This document shows, in pieces, positions 24,308 through 30,979 of a stretch of 37,397 bases of DNA. Under the pieces are notes generated by a model. The model searched no databases. It saw only the letters and a list, made by a program, of their open reading frames with translations, and was not told the origin of the DNA. Location of the stretch: IMG/VR virus record IMGVR_UViG_3300035491_000235; one strand, written 5' to 3'. The translations under genes and the position numbers were made by a program. Origin of the DNA: a virus. Numbering within the stretch: the first letter of the stretch is position 1; every line of letters begins with the position of its first letter.

Positions 24308-27010
24308 TCATGCTGCCTTCCCCTTCACATGATCCCAGCCATCCACGTCCCAGCCCGCCTCACGCGCCTTCGCACGCCAATCCTTCACCATCTGGCCGAG
24401 CGCAGCGCTCGTCAGAGATGGGGGCAGGGAAGAGTTCGGATCGTCAGGGATGAAGAACGCGCCAAAGCGCCGTGAGTTGCCATCCGTCCAGGGGATCGGT
24501 CGCGCCGTCTTCTCCACCTCGGAACTGATGAACAGGCTGAACTTCGTCTGGCTCATCGCGTGTTCACGGTTGCGCTGGCACCACTCGAGGAACAGCGAAT
24601 AGAGGTCGCTCGACAGGCAGCCACCCCACAGCCCGCGCCCCAGCTCCTGCGTACGCCACTGGTGCAGAAAGGTCTGCCAGCCGGCCCGGCTCAACGCCAC
24701 CAGGCGCTGCCGCGCATCGGTATGCGGCGGGCGCGTCCGCTCGTTGAAGTCGCCCAGGTCGACCGCCAGCAGCCACGCATACAGCGCCGCCACACCACCA
24801 TTGGCCAGCTCGCGCCCGATCGCCTGCTGCCGCTCCGGCGGCAACGTCTCCTGTGGCCACATCACCAGCAGCCGCCGGTCGCTGTCGCTGATCGGCCACG
24901 GCAGAATCTCGTTCGAGAGGAACACCGCATTCATATGGTTGGCTTCCTCCCAACCATTGATGAACTTCGACTCCATCCGCACCGTCTTGCCGGTGATCAG
25001 ATGCTTGATCTTGCCCACCTGGTTGTACCGCTGGTCACGGCTGACCACCTCCTCGAACACCGCCCACAGCTTCCGGCTCTGCCACGCGTTGAAGTTCGAC
25101 TCCAGCTGCGTCTGCCCCACCGTCGCCGCGTACTGCCCATACAGCGCGCCCATCGTGTCCGCGAAGAACAGGCTCTTGCCCGAGCCCTCCATCACCGAAT
25201 GCATCAGCACCGCCGTATCCATCTTCGCGCCCGGGTACTGCAGCGGGAACGCCAGCCACTTCGTCAGCCAGTCCAGCGCCCCGCCATCGTGGTTGCATAG
25301 AAAGGCGATCAACCAGCGCAGGTTCTCGCACGCCGCGTCATCGCGCACCGGCTCAAGCGGCAGGCCCTCGAACGTGTTGATGTACGTCGCCGGGTCCTTC
25401 GTCATCGTCGGGTCGAACACAATGTGGTCCACGTCCACCGTGCGGCGCTCGGCGCTGTTCAGCCACAACGCATAGGCATCGCCCAGCGCCATCTTCACCG
25501 CACCTTCCGGGATACGCCGCTTCTTCTCGCGATCCCACACATCCTTCGTCCCGTCGATGTACACGTACCGGTCGATGGGCGTCATCCCCAGCGCCGTGGC
25601 CTTCTTGCCGGCCATGCGCCGCGCCTGCTCCAGCTCGCGCACCGTATCGGCACCGATCAGCTTCTTGCCCACGTCATCTGCCCAGGCCTTCGCCAGCGGC
25701 TTCGTCACCAGCGCCTCGAACGCGGTCTTCTTCATCACCGCTTTCTTGTCCTGGTCCCAGACGTGCGTCGTGCCCTCCACCAGCGCAAAGCGCCGCAGCA
25801 CCTGCTCCGCCGTAAAGCCCACCCCCTGCCCCCCGGTGTCGGAGGAGCCGGCCGGCGCGGCGGCATCGGCCTCGGATGGGGCCGGGGAAGGCACACCAGC
25901 GGCCAGCGCAGCCTCCAGCTGCTGCGTCACGGCCTCCAGCCCCCAGCCCACATGCAGGTCATTCCAGTCACCGCCCGCCGCCTCACCCGGTAACACCGGG
26001 AAGGCCGGCAAACCGCCCACCTGCCCCGCTGCCGCCTCGGCCTTCGCCCGGCCCGGGTTGCCTGCCACACTCGGGTCATCATCACCGGCAATCACCAGCT
26101 GGGCCGCCGGGCACTGGTCGCGTAGCGCAGCGGCCACCGCCGGCAGGTTGCCGGAATCGATCGCCACCGCCACCGGCCAGCCCATGGCCATGTGCACGCT
26201 CGCCGCCGTCGCATAGCCCTCAGCCTCACCGAGTACAGGCGCACCATCGGGCTCGCCCAGCACATGAAAGCAACCCGCCTTGCGCCCGTACCGAGGGAAC
26301 AGCTTCGTGCCCTGCTCGTTGATCGCCTGCAGGCTCCACAGCTTGCCCGCCGCATCGCGCAGCGGCACCGCAATGGTCCCGGCCTTGAACATCAGAAAGC
26401 TGATCGAGTCCGGCCGGGGCTTCGGCAGGCTGGCGAAGAACTCGCGCACCTCGCTGCCCACCCACACATCGCAGCGCTGCCGCGCATCATCGATGGCCAG
26501 CACAACCGTGTAATGGAAAAAGCCAACGCCAAAGGCCCCCACCTGCTTGCGCGCGAGGTAGGGGCTGTCGCCCTGGGGCTTGCAGTGCTTCGTCCAGATC
26601 AGCTCGCAAGCCTGCGCGACGGCCTCGCGCATCACCGCCAGCCGCGCCTCGTCCGCCTCGATCTCGGCCTGCCGCGCCGCCCGGCGCTTTTCGGCCTCAG
26701 CATTCAACTGGCGCTTTTCCTCGGCCGACATAGGCTCGCGCCGCGGGCTCCAGCCCTTATCGCGCGCCAGCTTGATCACCGTGCCCATGCCCGTGCCCGC
26801 CTTGCGGAACGAGCGCCACACCGCCTGCGCATCGGCGGCCTTGTAGCCCTCCCCCGTTGCGCTCCAGGTATCCCACGCATCGAACCCCGCGCCGCCGAAC
26901 TCGGCCTTGATGCCCATGCCCACCTGCAACCAGGTCTCGCGGTCATCAGCAGAGATGTACTGCAGCAACTCGGGGAGATCGGCCAGGGTGAGAGGTACGC
27001 GCTCAGACAT
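24308..27010 (-). CDS. Replication protein: PriCT-2 + Toprim primase + SF3 (D5/P4-alpha-like) helicase fusion
   Basis: Track ORF trimmed to ATG 27010 (MSERVPLTL). The PriCT-2 pattern is DDRETWLQVGMGIKAEFGGAGFDAWDTWS...WRSF. The Toprim region is EAEGYATAASV...VIAGDDD. The helicase region has Walker A MEGSGKS and Walker B-like LWAVFEE. Confidence 0.8.
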   Translation of the reverse strand: MSERVPLTLADLPELLQYISADDRETWLQVGMGIKAEFGGAGFDAWDTWSATGEGYKAADAQAVWRSFRKAGTGMGTVIKLARDKGWSPRREPMSAEEKRQLNAEAEKRRAARQAEIEADEARLAVMREAVAQACELIWTKHCKPQGDSPYLARKQVGAFGVGFFHYTVVLAIDDARQRCDVWVGSEVREFFASLPKPRPDSISFLMFKAGTIAVPLRDAAGKLWSLQAINEQGTKLFPRYGRKAGCFHVLGEPDGAPVLGEAEGYATAASVHMAMGWPVAVAIDSGNLPAVAAALRDQCPAAQLVIAGDDDPSVAGNPGRAKAEAAAGQVGGLPAFPVLPGEAAGGDWNDLHVGWGLEAVTQQLEAALAAGVPSPAPSEADAAAPAGSSDTGGQGVGFTAEQVLRRFALVEGTTHVWDQDKKAVMKKTAFEALVTKPLAKAWADDVGKKLIGADTVRELEQARRMAGKKATALGMTPIDRYVYIDGTKDVWDREKKRRIPEGAVKMALGDAYALWLNSAERRTVDVDHIVFDPTMTKDPATYINTFEGLPLEPVRDDAACENLRWLIAFLCNHDGGALDWLTKWLAFPLQYPGAKMDTAVLMHSVMEGSGKSLFFADTMGALYGQYAATVGQTQLESNFNAWQSRKLWAVFEEVVSRDQRYNQVGKIKHLITGKTVRMESKFINGWEEANHMNAVFLSNEILPWPISDSDRRLLVMWPQETLPPERQQAIGRELANGGVAALYAWLLAVDLGDFNERTRPPHTDARQRLVALSRAGWQTFLHQWRTQELGRGLWGGCLSSDLYSLFLEWCQRNREHAMSQTKFSLFISSEVEKTARPIPWTDGNSRRFGAFFIPDDPNSSLPPSLTSAALGQMVKDWRAKAREAGWDVDGWDHVKGKAA

Positions 27011-27200
27011 CACGCGCCTCCTCGGCAACCTGCTTTGTCCCAGCCGGCTTGTTCCAGTTTTCCGCCAGGCCTTCAAGTGTGAATGCGGTAACGCTGCGCC
27101 CGCACTCGGGGCAAGCCAGCGAGAAGAAAAGCCCCTGATGCTGAGTGCCGGCGAGCGCGCCGGTGTAGCCGCAGTGGCAGGCATTGAGGACAGTGCTCAT
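27003..27200 (-). CDS. Lar-like zinc-ribbon protein (restriction-alleviation family fold)
   Basis: 65 aa with CHC...CPECG and the C-terminal AENWNKPA (compare the AWNRRA signature). 8-nt overlap with the primase start. Confidence 0.45.
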   Translation of the reverse strand: MSTVLNACHCGYTGALAGTQHQGLFFSLACPECGRSVTAFTLEGLAENWNKPAGTKQVAEEARDV

Positions 27201-27727
27201 GCCTCACCCCCTTGGGCGGACAGGGCGGAATCTGCGACTCCAACCCAGTGCGCAACCGTAACAAGATCTGGGCGTTCGCCTTGCTCGACATGCTTTGCCG
27301 CGCTATCGGCTATCCGGCGAAGCGCCTGCGCCAGCCTGCTCTGCTCCGGCTGCGGGGCGGTCTGCGCGATGGGGGCAAGCGCGGTGATCGTCACGATGCA
27401 CTGACGCCCCTCGTAGTGCTCACGGAATCCTTCCGCTTCGTCTGCGGTCACGGCAAAACGGATGTGCGGAGTTATCGAATCCTTTTCGGCCTTGCAGAGC
27501 CACGCCACCGGCTGCTGCTCGGTCTGCCCGGAGCGCTCTGCCCTTCGGTTCCACTCATCTGGGTGCCAGTACGAGAAGTGCGCGCCGCAACCATCATGGG
27601 AGCAAGACACCTTTCTAGATCCAGGGAATCGAGTGGCCCTTTTTCCGGCAGTAGCGCCCGGGCGGCCACAAAACGGACACGGCAGGAGATCAACCTTCGA
27701 ATGATCAACCACGGCGCACCCCCGCAC
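27197..27727 (-). CDS. Lar-like zinc-ribbon N-terminal domain fused to an unknown C-terminal domain
   Basis: LLPCPFCG...CSHDGCGAHFSYWHPDEWNRRAE closely matches the Lar-family pattern. The C-terminal ~110 aa are unassigned. Start is GTG 27727 or GTG 27712 (uncertain). Confidence 0.55.
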   Translation of the reverse strand: MRGCAVVDHSKVDLLPCPFCGRPGATAGKRATRFPGSRKVSCSHDGCGAHFSYWHPDEWNRRAERSGQTEQQPVAWLCKAEKDSITPHIRFAVTADEAEGFREHYEGRQCIVTITALAPIAQTAPQPEQSRLAQALRRIADSAAKHVEQGERPDLVTVAHWVGVADSALSAQGGEA

Positions 27728-27926
27728 TCATCTTGTCAGCGAACGCCTGGCACTCGGTGCACAGCCGGCACCCCCTAACCGCCTCGCGCCGGGCCTGCGG
27801 AATCTCCACGCCGCACTCCTCGCACTCGGCCAGGCTCACGCCCTCGTAACGCACACGGGCGGCAATCGCCGCCTCCCGTTCGTCCATCTCGCGCTGTTGC
27901 GCCATCTCGAATGCGCGCTCATCCAT
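27705..27926 (-). CDS. TraR/DksA-family C4 zinc-finger protein
   Basis: ATG 27926 is preceded by GGGGAGG. CEECGVEIPQARREAVRGCRLCTEC is a zf-dksA/traR motif. Confidence 0.75.
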   Translation of the reverse strand: MDERAFEMAQQREMDEREAAIAARVRYEGVSLAECEECGVEIPQARREAVRGCRLCTECQAFADKMSAGVRRG

Positions 27927-28422
27927 GGCACACCTCCCCGGCCGCCACGTGCTCCAGCATCGCCAGCTCCGCGCCGGCCACAATGCCCAGCACCTGCCCG
28001 ATCACCCGGTTCGCGTGGTAACGCAGCGCCTCCACCTCATGCGCCTGCCATACCCGGTCGGCCAGGCCATCGTGCAGGCTCGCCACAAACTCACCCTCGG
28101 CATGCAGCAGCGCGGCCAGCGCCCGCAGCGCCTCCGGCGTCGCCGGTACCGGCTGCGGCACATAGGCCACCGCACCGGCCGGGCGCACCAAAGCCGCCAG
28201 CAGGCGCGGGTCGCGCGTGGTGGCAACGATCTCCTCGATGAACTCAGGGTGAATCGGGCGGCCGCCCGTTGGGTTGACGCGCTTGCTCAGCTCGTCCGGG
28301 TCCATGCCAATGGTCAGCGCCACGGCAAGCTGCCCGCCCTCGGCGTCCCGCGTGGCGCGGTACAGCGCCTGGCGGGTGGTCAGCACCGGGCCGGCGCCCG
28401 GCAAAAGGTCTTTACGGCTCAT
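27919..28422 (-). CDS. cII: CII-like lysogeny-establishment regulator (coliphage 186 CII / CP76-type)
   Basis: 167 aa. The segment LAVALTIGMDPDELSKRVNPTGGRPIHPEFIEEIVATTRDPRLL parallels 186 CII (...LRNKLNPEQPHQFTPPELWLLTDLT...). Positioned downstream of cro. Confidence 0.55.
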   Translation of the reverse strand: MSRKDLLPGAGPVLTTRQALYRATRDAEGGQLAVALTIGMDPDELSKRVNPTGGRPIHPEFIEEIVATTRDPRLLAALVRPAGAVAYVPQPVPATPEALRALAALLHAEGEFVASLHDGLADRVWQAHEVEALRYHANRVIGQVLGIVAGAELAMLEHVAAGEVCHG

Positions 28423-28616
28423 AGCGTTAATGCCCCTGTAACGCTGTAGCCAACCGCCGGGCCGTTGCCCTACAGTTCACCTACAGCACGCGACCCTCAT
28501 GACTGCTGTGTCCACGGGTCGCGGGTTGAGGTAGCCGGCTGGTAACCGGTTACCGGACCGTCGAGGCTGGGGTTCTTGCTGTGGTAAGTGGGTCCCCAGT
28601 TCTCGACCTCTATACA

Positions 28617-28650
28617 AGCCTGCCGCCGTAGCGACAGGCTTTTGTGTTTC
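28617..28650 (+). terminator. Orphan plus-strand intrinsic terminator in the cro-cII spacer
   Basis: AGCCTG(c)CGC-cgta-GCG(a)CAGGCT is followed by TTTTGTGTTTC on the plus strand only. No plus-strand CDS lies upstream. Confidence 0.45.
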
Positions 28651-28759
28651 TAGGCTGCTTGCCCGGCGCCGGCCCGATGGCGTTGGTAAGACTCTCGGGC
28701 CGGCTCCCGCCTGATACGTATGCTGCGGTGCTGTGTCCTGAAGACGGGCTGTGATTCGG

Positions 28760-29044
28760 TTAGGCGCGGCGTTCGCCTTGGCGCCGCTCTCCGCGCCTAC
28801 GCTCCGCCTGGCGGCGGTCAGCTTCGAAGCCGGCGCCGCCGCTCTTCTCGGCATAGAGCTTTTCCAGCTCCTTACCGATGCAGTAACGGAGCTCAGCGCC
28901 ATTCAGCGCCCGGAAAACGGTCGGCTGAGTAACGCCAATAGCATCAGCGATGCCTTGCTGGGTCATCCCAGCTTCGATAAGCGCTTTCAGCATTTCAGTG
29001 ATCGAGGGAGTAGTCATGACAAAGGAATGTATCCGGCTACGCAT
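28760..29044 (-). CDS. cro: Cro-like HTH repressor with an Arg-rich C-terminal tail
   Basis: HTH segment MTQQGIADAIGVTQPTVFRAL. Divergent from cI. Start is ATG 29044 (possibly leaderless) or ATG 29017, and neither has a Shine-Dalgarno. The tail reads RRQAERRRGERRQGERRA. Confidence 0.7.
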   Translation of the reverse strand: MRSRIHSFVMTTPSITEMLKALIEAGMTQQGIADAIGVTQPTVFRALNGAELRYCIGKELEKLYAEKSGGAGFEADRRQAERRRGERRQGERRA

Positions 29045-29106
29045 TGAGCAAGATAATACGCATCGGAATTGTCAGCCGCAATACGCTTTGCATAATTCGC
29101 AAAGGA
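29038..29106. promoter_or_regulatory. Divergent immunity promoters and operators (OR-like)
   Basis: Minus-strand PR candidate: TTGCGG (29081..29076), 17-nt spacer, TATTAT (29058..29053). Plus-strand PRM candidate: TTGTCA (29069..29074), 16-nt spacer, CATAAT (29091..29096). There are three (A)TACGC(A/T) repeats, a 25-bp operator at 29039..29063, and an inverted repeat CTTTGC-N7-GCAAAG at 29088..29106. Confidence 0.55.
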
Positions 29107-29117
29107 ATAATCTCGGC

Positions 29118-29780
29118 ATGGCTATTTCGATCGGTCACATCGCCGCCACGCTGGCGGCAAGGCGCGAAAAGCTGGGCTGGAGCGAGACAGAGCTGGCCAA
29201 GAGAGCCGGCCTTAACCAATCCACCGTGCACCGCATCCTCAAGGGTGAGTTCCAGAACCCGCAGATCAATTACATCGAGCGCCTCACTCGCGCCCTTGGG
29301 TTGGACATGGCTGAAGTACTCGGCCTCCGCCAGCCCGATCCGCAAACCCTAGACTCGACCTTGGGACCTGGTCCCGCCTTGCATCAACGCGTACCTCTGA
29401 TTTCATGGGTGCGCGCCGGAGATTTATGCGAGGCGATAGATTTGTTTGAACCTGGCTTTGCCGATGACTGGCTGGACTGCCCTTTTCCCCATAGCCCCTC
29501 CGCCTACTGCCTAGAGGTCCGAGGGCTGAGCATGTCCCCAGAGTACAGAACCGGGGAGATTCTTCTCGTGGAGCCCGAGCTGGTCCCGATGCACAACGAT
29601 GACGTTGTCGTACGCACTCCGGATGGCCAGGTAACGTTCAAGCGCTTGCAGATAACCGAGGACGGCACATACCTTCTGGCCTTGAACCCAGAGTTTCCAA
29701 ACCGGATTCTGCACATGCCAGAACACACGAGCTTCTGCGGCGTAGTGACTGGCTCGTGGATAAAGCGGAAGCGGCGATAG
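29118..29780 (+). CDS. cI: CI-type repressor (HTH_XRE + S24 LexA-like autopeptidase)
   Basis: Track ORF trimmed to ATG 29118. HTH segment LGWSETELAKRAGLNQSTVHRILKG. The S24 domain has GLSMSP (Ser nucleophile) and FKRL (Lys). Confidence 0.85.
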   Translation: MAISIGHIAATLAARREKLGWSETELAKRAGLNQSTVHRILKGEFQNPQINYIERLTRALGLDMAEVLGLRQPDPQTLDSTLGPGPALHQRVPLISWVRAGDLCEAIDLFEPGFADDWLDCPFPHSPSAYCLEVRGLSMSPEYRTGEILLVEPELVPMHNDDVVVRTPDGQVTFKRLQITEDGTYLLALNPEFPNRILHMPEHTSFCGVVTGSWIKRKRR

Positions 29781-29784
29781 CTCA

Positions 29785-30633
29785 CTAAAACAACCAGTAA
29801 ACAACCAGAGCTACCAATACGACCGGGAACGCCAAGCCGACCAAGAAAGTTTTGACGAGCCGTCGCGCCGCCTGCTCCTGCATGGCGGCAACGCCGTCCT
29901 GACTGATAGCCCCTGCAGGGGACACGTCGGCATCGAATACCTCGGCCAGCACCACCGGCACCGGCCCGCTGGCATAGCTCAAAACCTTCTTGAAGCTCGC
30001 GCTATGGCTGCAGCCGCGATCCAGCAACGGGCCTATATCGCGGGCAAACTCTTCAGGTACGTAGCCGACGCAAGAGCCATTTTCCGTCAGGACCTTGGTT
30101 GCATACCTGCTGTGCTTATTGTCTGACTCACGAAGTAAAAAAGCGCGCTCACCCGCCTGCACTTCGTCTTCTATGATTTCCGCACGGCCATCATGGCGGG
30201 TCCCCGCAACCATAAAATCCGAGCGAAAGAGAGGTCTAAGCTTGGCCTGTTCAGCCTTATAGGCCGCCTTTTCAGCCGACGCTGCGGCTTTTGCTGCCGC
30301 CTTATCCTCGTGTTCGACCTGCCGGCGAAGTAAGCCTGCGAACTTCCTATCTGCTGGCGGCAGCACAGCCTCAACGGCCTTTGCGACCGAAAGCCGCTCT
30401 TCTGCGGTGATGACTCCATCCGCCAGCACACGCTCCAGTGTTGCCGCCAGGAACCTAACAGCAGGTAGCTCAGCGGCGGTGTTCCGATCAATCCAAGCTC
30501 GCAAGGCATGAATCTCTTCATCAGCAACCCGCCCATCGGCCGTAATTGACTGGCAGATGCTTAGTAGCTCTAGGCCCACCTCGGTGCCAAGCTGTTTCTT
30601 TGTTAACGAAGTTCGCGACTTGGTGGCTTCCAT
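29785..30633 (-). CDS. Tail-anchored membrane protein with a TerB-like N-terminal domain and a HIRAN domain
   Basis: 282 aa. The N-terminus (ADGRVADEEIHALRAWI...GVITAEERLSVAKAVEAVL) is TerB-like. The HIRAN-like core is FMVAGTRHDGRAEIIEDEVQAGERAFLLRESDNKHSRYATKVLTENGSCVGYVPEEFARDIGPLLDRG. The C-terminal TMD is LVGLAFPVVLVALVVYWLF. GC is lower than in the neighbours, and the gene is convergent on cI with a 4-bp gap. Confidence 0.7.
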   Translation of the reverse strand: MEATKSRTSLTKKQLGTEVGLELLSICQSITADGRVADEEIHALRAWIDRNTAAELPAVRFLAATLERVLADGVITAEERLSVAKAVEAVLPPADRKFAGLLRRQVEHEDKAAAKAAASAEKAAYKAEQAKLRPLFRSDFMVAGTRHDGRAEIIEDEVQAGERAFLLRESDNKHSRYATKVLTENGSCVGYVPEEFARDIGPLLDRGCSHSASFKKVLSYASGPVPVVLAEVFDADVSPAGAISQDGVAAMQEQAARRLVKTFLVGLAFPVVLVALVVYWLF

Positions 30634-30715
30634 GCATCATGACCTTTCAACGTTGAGCTGAGTTAAACCCGAAGGGAATTATCGACGGCATAGTAATGCC
30701 TGCTTTTTCATCCCT

Positions 30716-30751
30716 ATGCGTATTGACTAGCTCAATGCGTTAACGGATTAT
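30716..30751 (+). promoter_or_regulatory. OL/PL-like operator-promoter for the plus-strand early operon
   Basis: ATGCGTATTGACTAGCTCAATGCGT (30716..30740) is the reverse complement of the operator at 29039..29063, with 22/25 identity. It contains TTGACT (30723..30728), a 17-nt spacer and GATTAT (30746..30751). Confidence 0.55.
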
Positions 30752-30784
30752 TGCCGCGTACCCACTTACCACGGGATCGCGACA

Positions 30785-30979
30785 ATGGACACAGCACAAC
30801 ACCGCAGCACCCGCTGCCCGGTCTTTTTGCACCCGGCAGCGGCATCCAACCCCTTCACCGTCCGCCGCATCGAACGTGAAACCGGCCTGACCGCTCACGT
30901 CACTCTGCGCACCGCACAACTCAAGCGCCACACCCTGCCCGCCTTCGAGGACTTCGGCCCGTTCGGGGGTGCAGCATGA
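30785..30979 (+). CDS. Hypothetical small protein (64 aa), possibly the first gene of the early-left operon
   Basis: ATGA stop/start overlap with the next gene suggests coupling. The RBS is weak and no family is recognised. Confidence 0.35.
   Translation: MDTAQHRSTRCPVFLHPAAASNPFTVRRIERETGLTAHVTLRTAQLKRHTLPAFEDFGPFGGAA

Noticed and set aside
23970-24475. Track ORFs 23970..24311 (-) and 24062..24475 (+), which span the gap between the Q-like and primase genes.
   Set aside because: Their translations are dominated by the iteron repeats (GFV/CVGF or NPTH-type strings). They lack an RBS and overlap the primase 3' end. The region is better explained as a non-coding origin.
27011-27184. N-terminal extensions offered by the ORF track for the primase (MPATAA...), i-spanin (to 2322), holin (to 23427), endolysin (to 2822), membrane protein (to 4222), secreted protein (to 10918) and cI (from 28950).
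   Set aside because: The extensions are Arg/Pro-rich, overlap upstream genes and lack an RBS. Internal starts have GGAG-type RBSs or ATGA coupling and give canonical N-termini such as a signal peptide, a TMD or an HTH.
28541-28554. A possible link between the palindrome GGTAACCGGTTACC and the 12-mers TTCCGGTTATCT at 23430 and 23452 (shared CCGGTTA core), as sites for one protein.
   Set aside because: Only 7 nt are shared, and CCGG-containing heptamers are not rare in this GC-rich genome. This is noted but not claimed.
28477-28902. A 141-aa minus-strand ORF covering the cro-cII spacer, considered as a possible N-like antiterminator.
   Set aside because: It overlaps cro out of frame for about 140 nt and has no RBS. 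Its composition is that of GC-rich noise (R/P/A/S) and it ends in the hairpin region.
30687-30708. The hairpin GGCAT-agta-ATGCC followed by TGCTTTTT as a plus-strand terminator upstream of PL.
   Set aside because: The stem is only 5 bp and AT-containing, and there is no plus-strand gene immediately upstream. It could weakly insulate PL from cI read-through, but the evidence is too thin to call.
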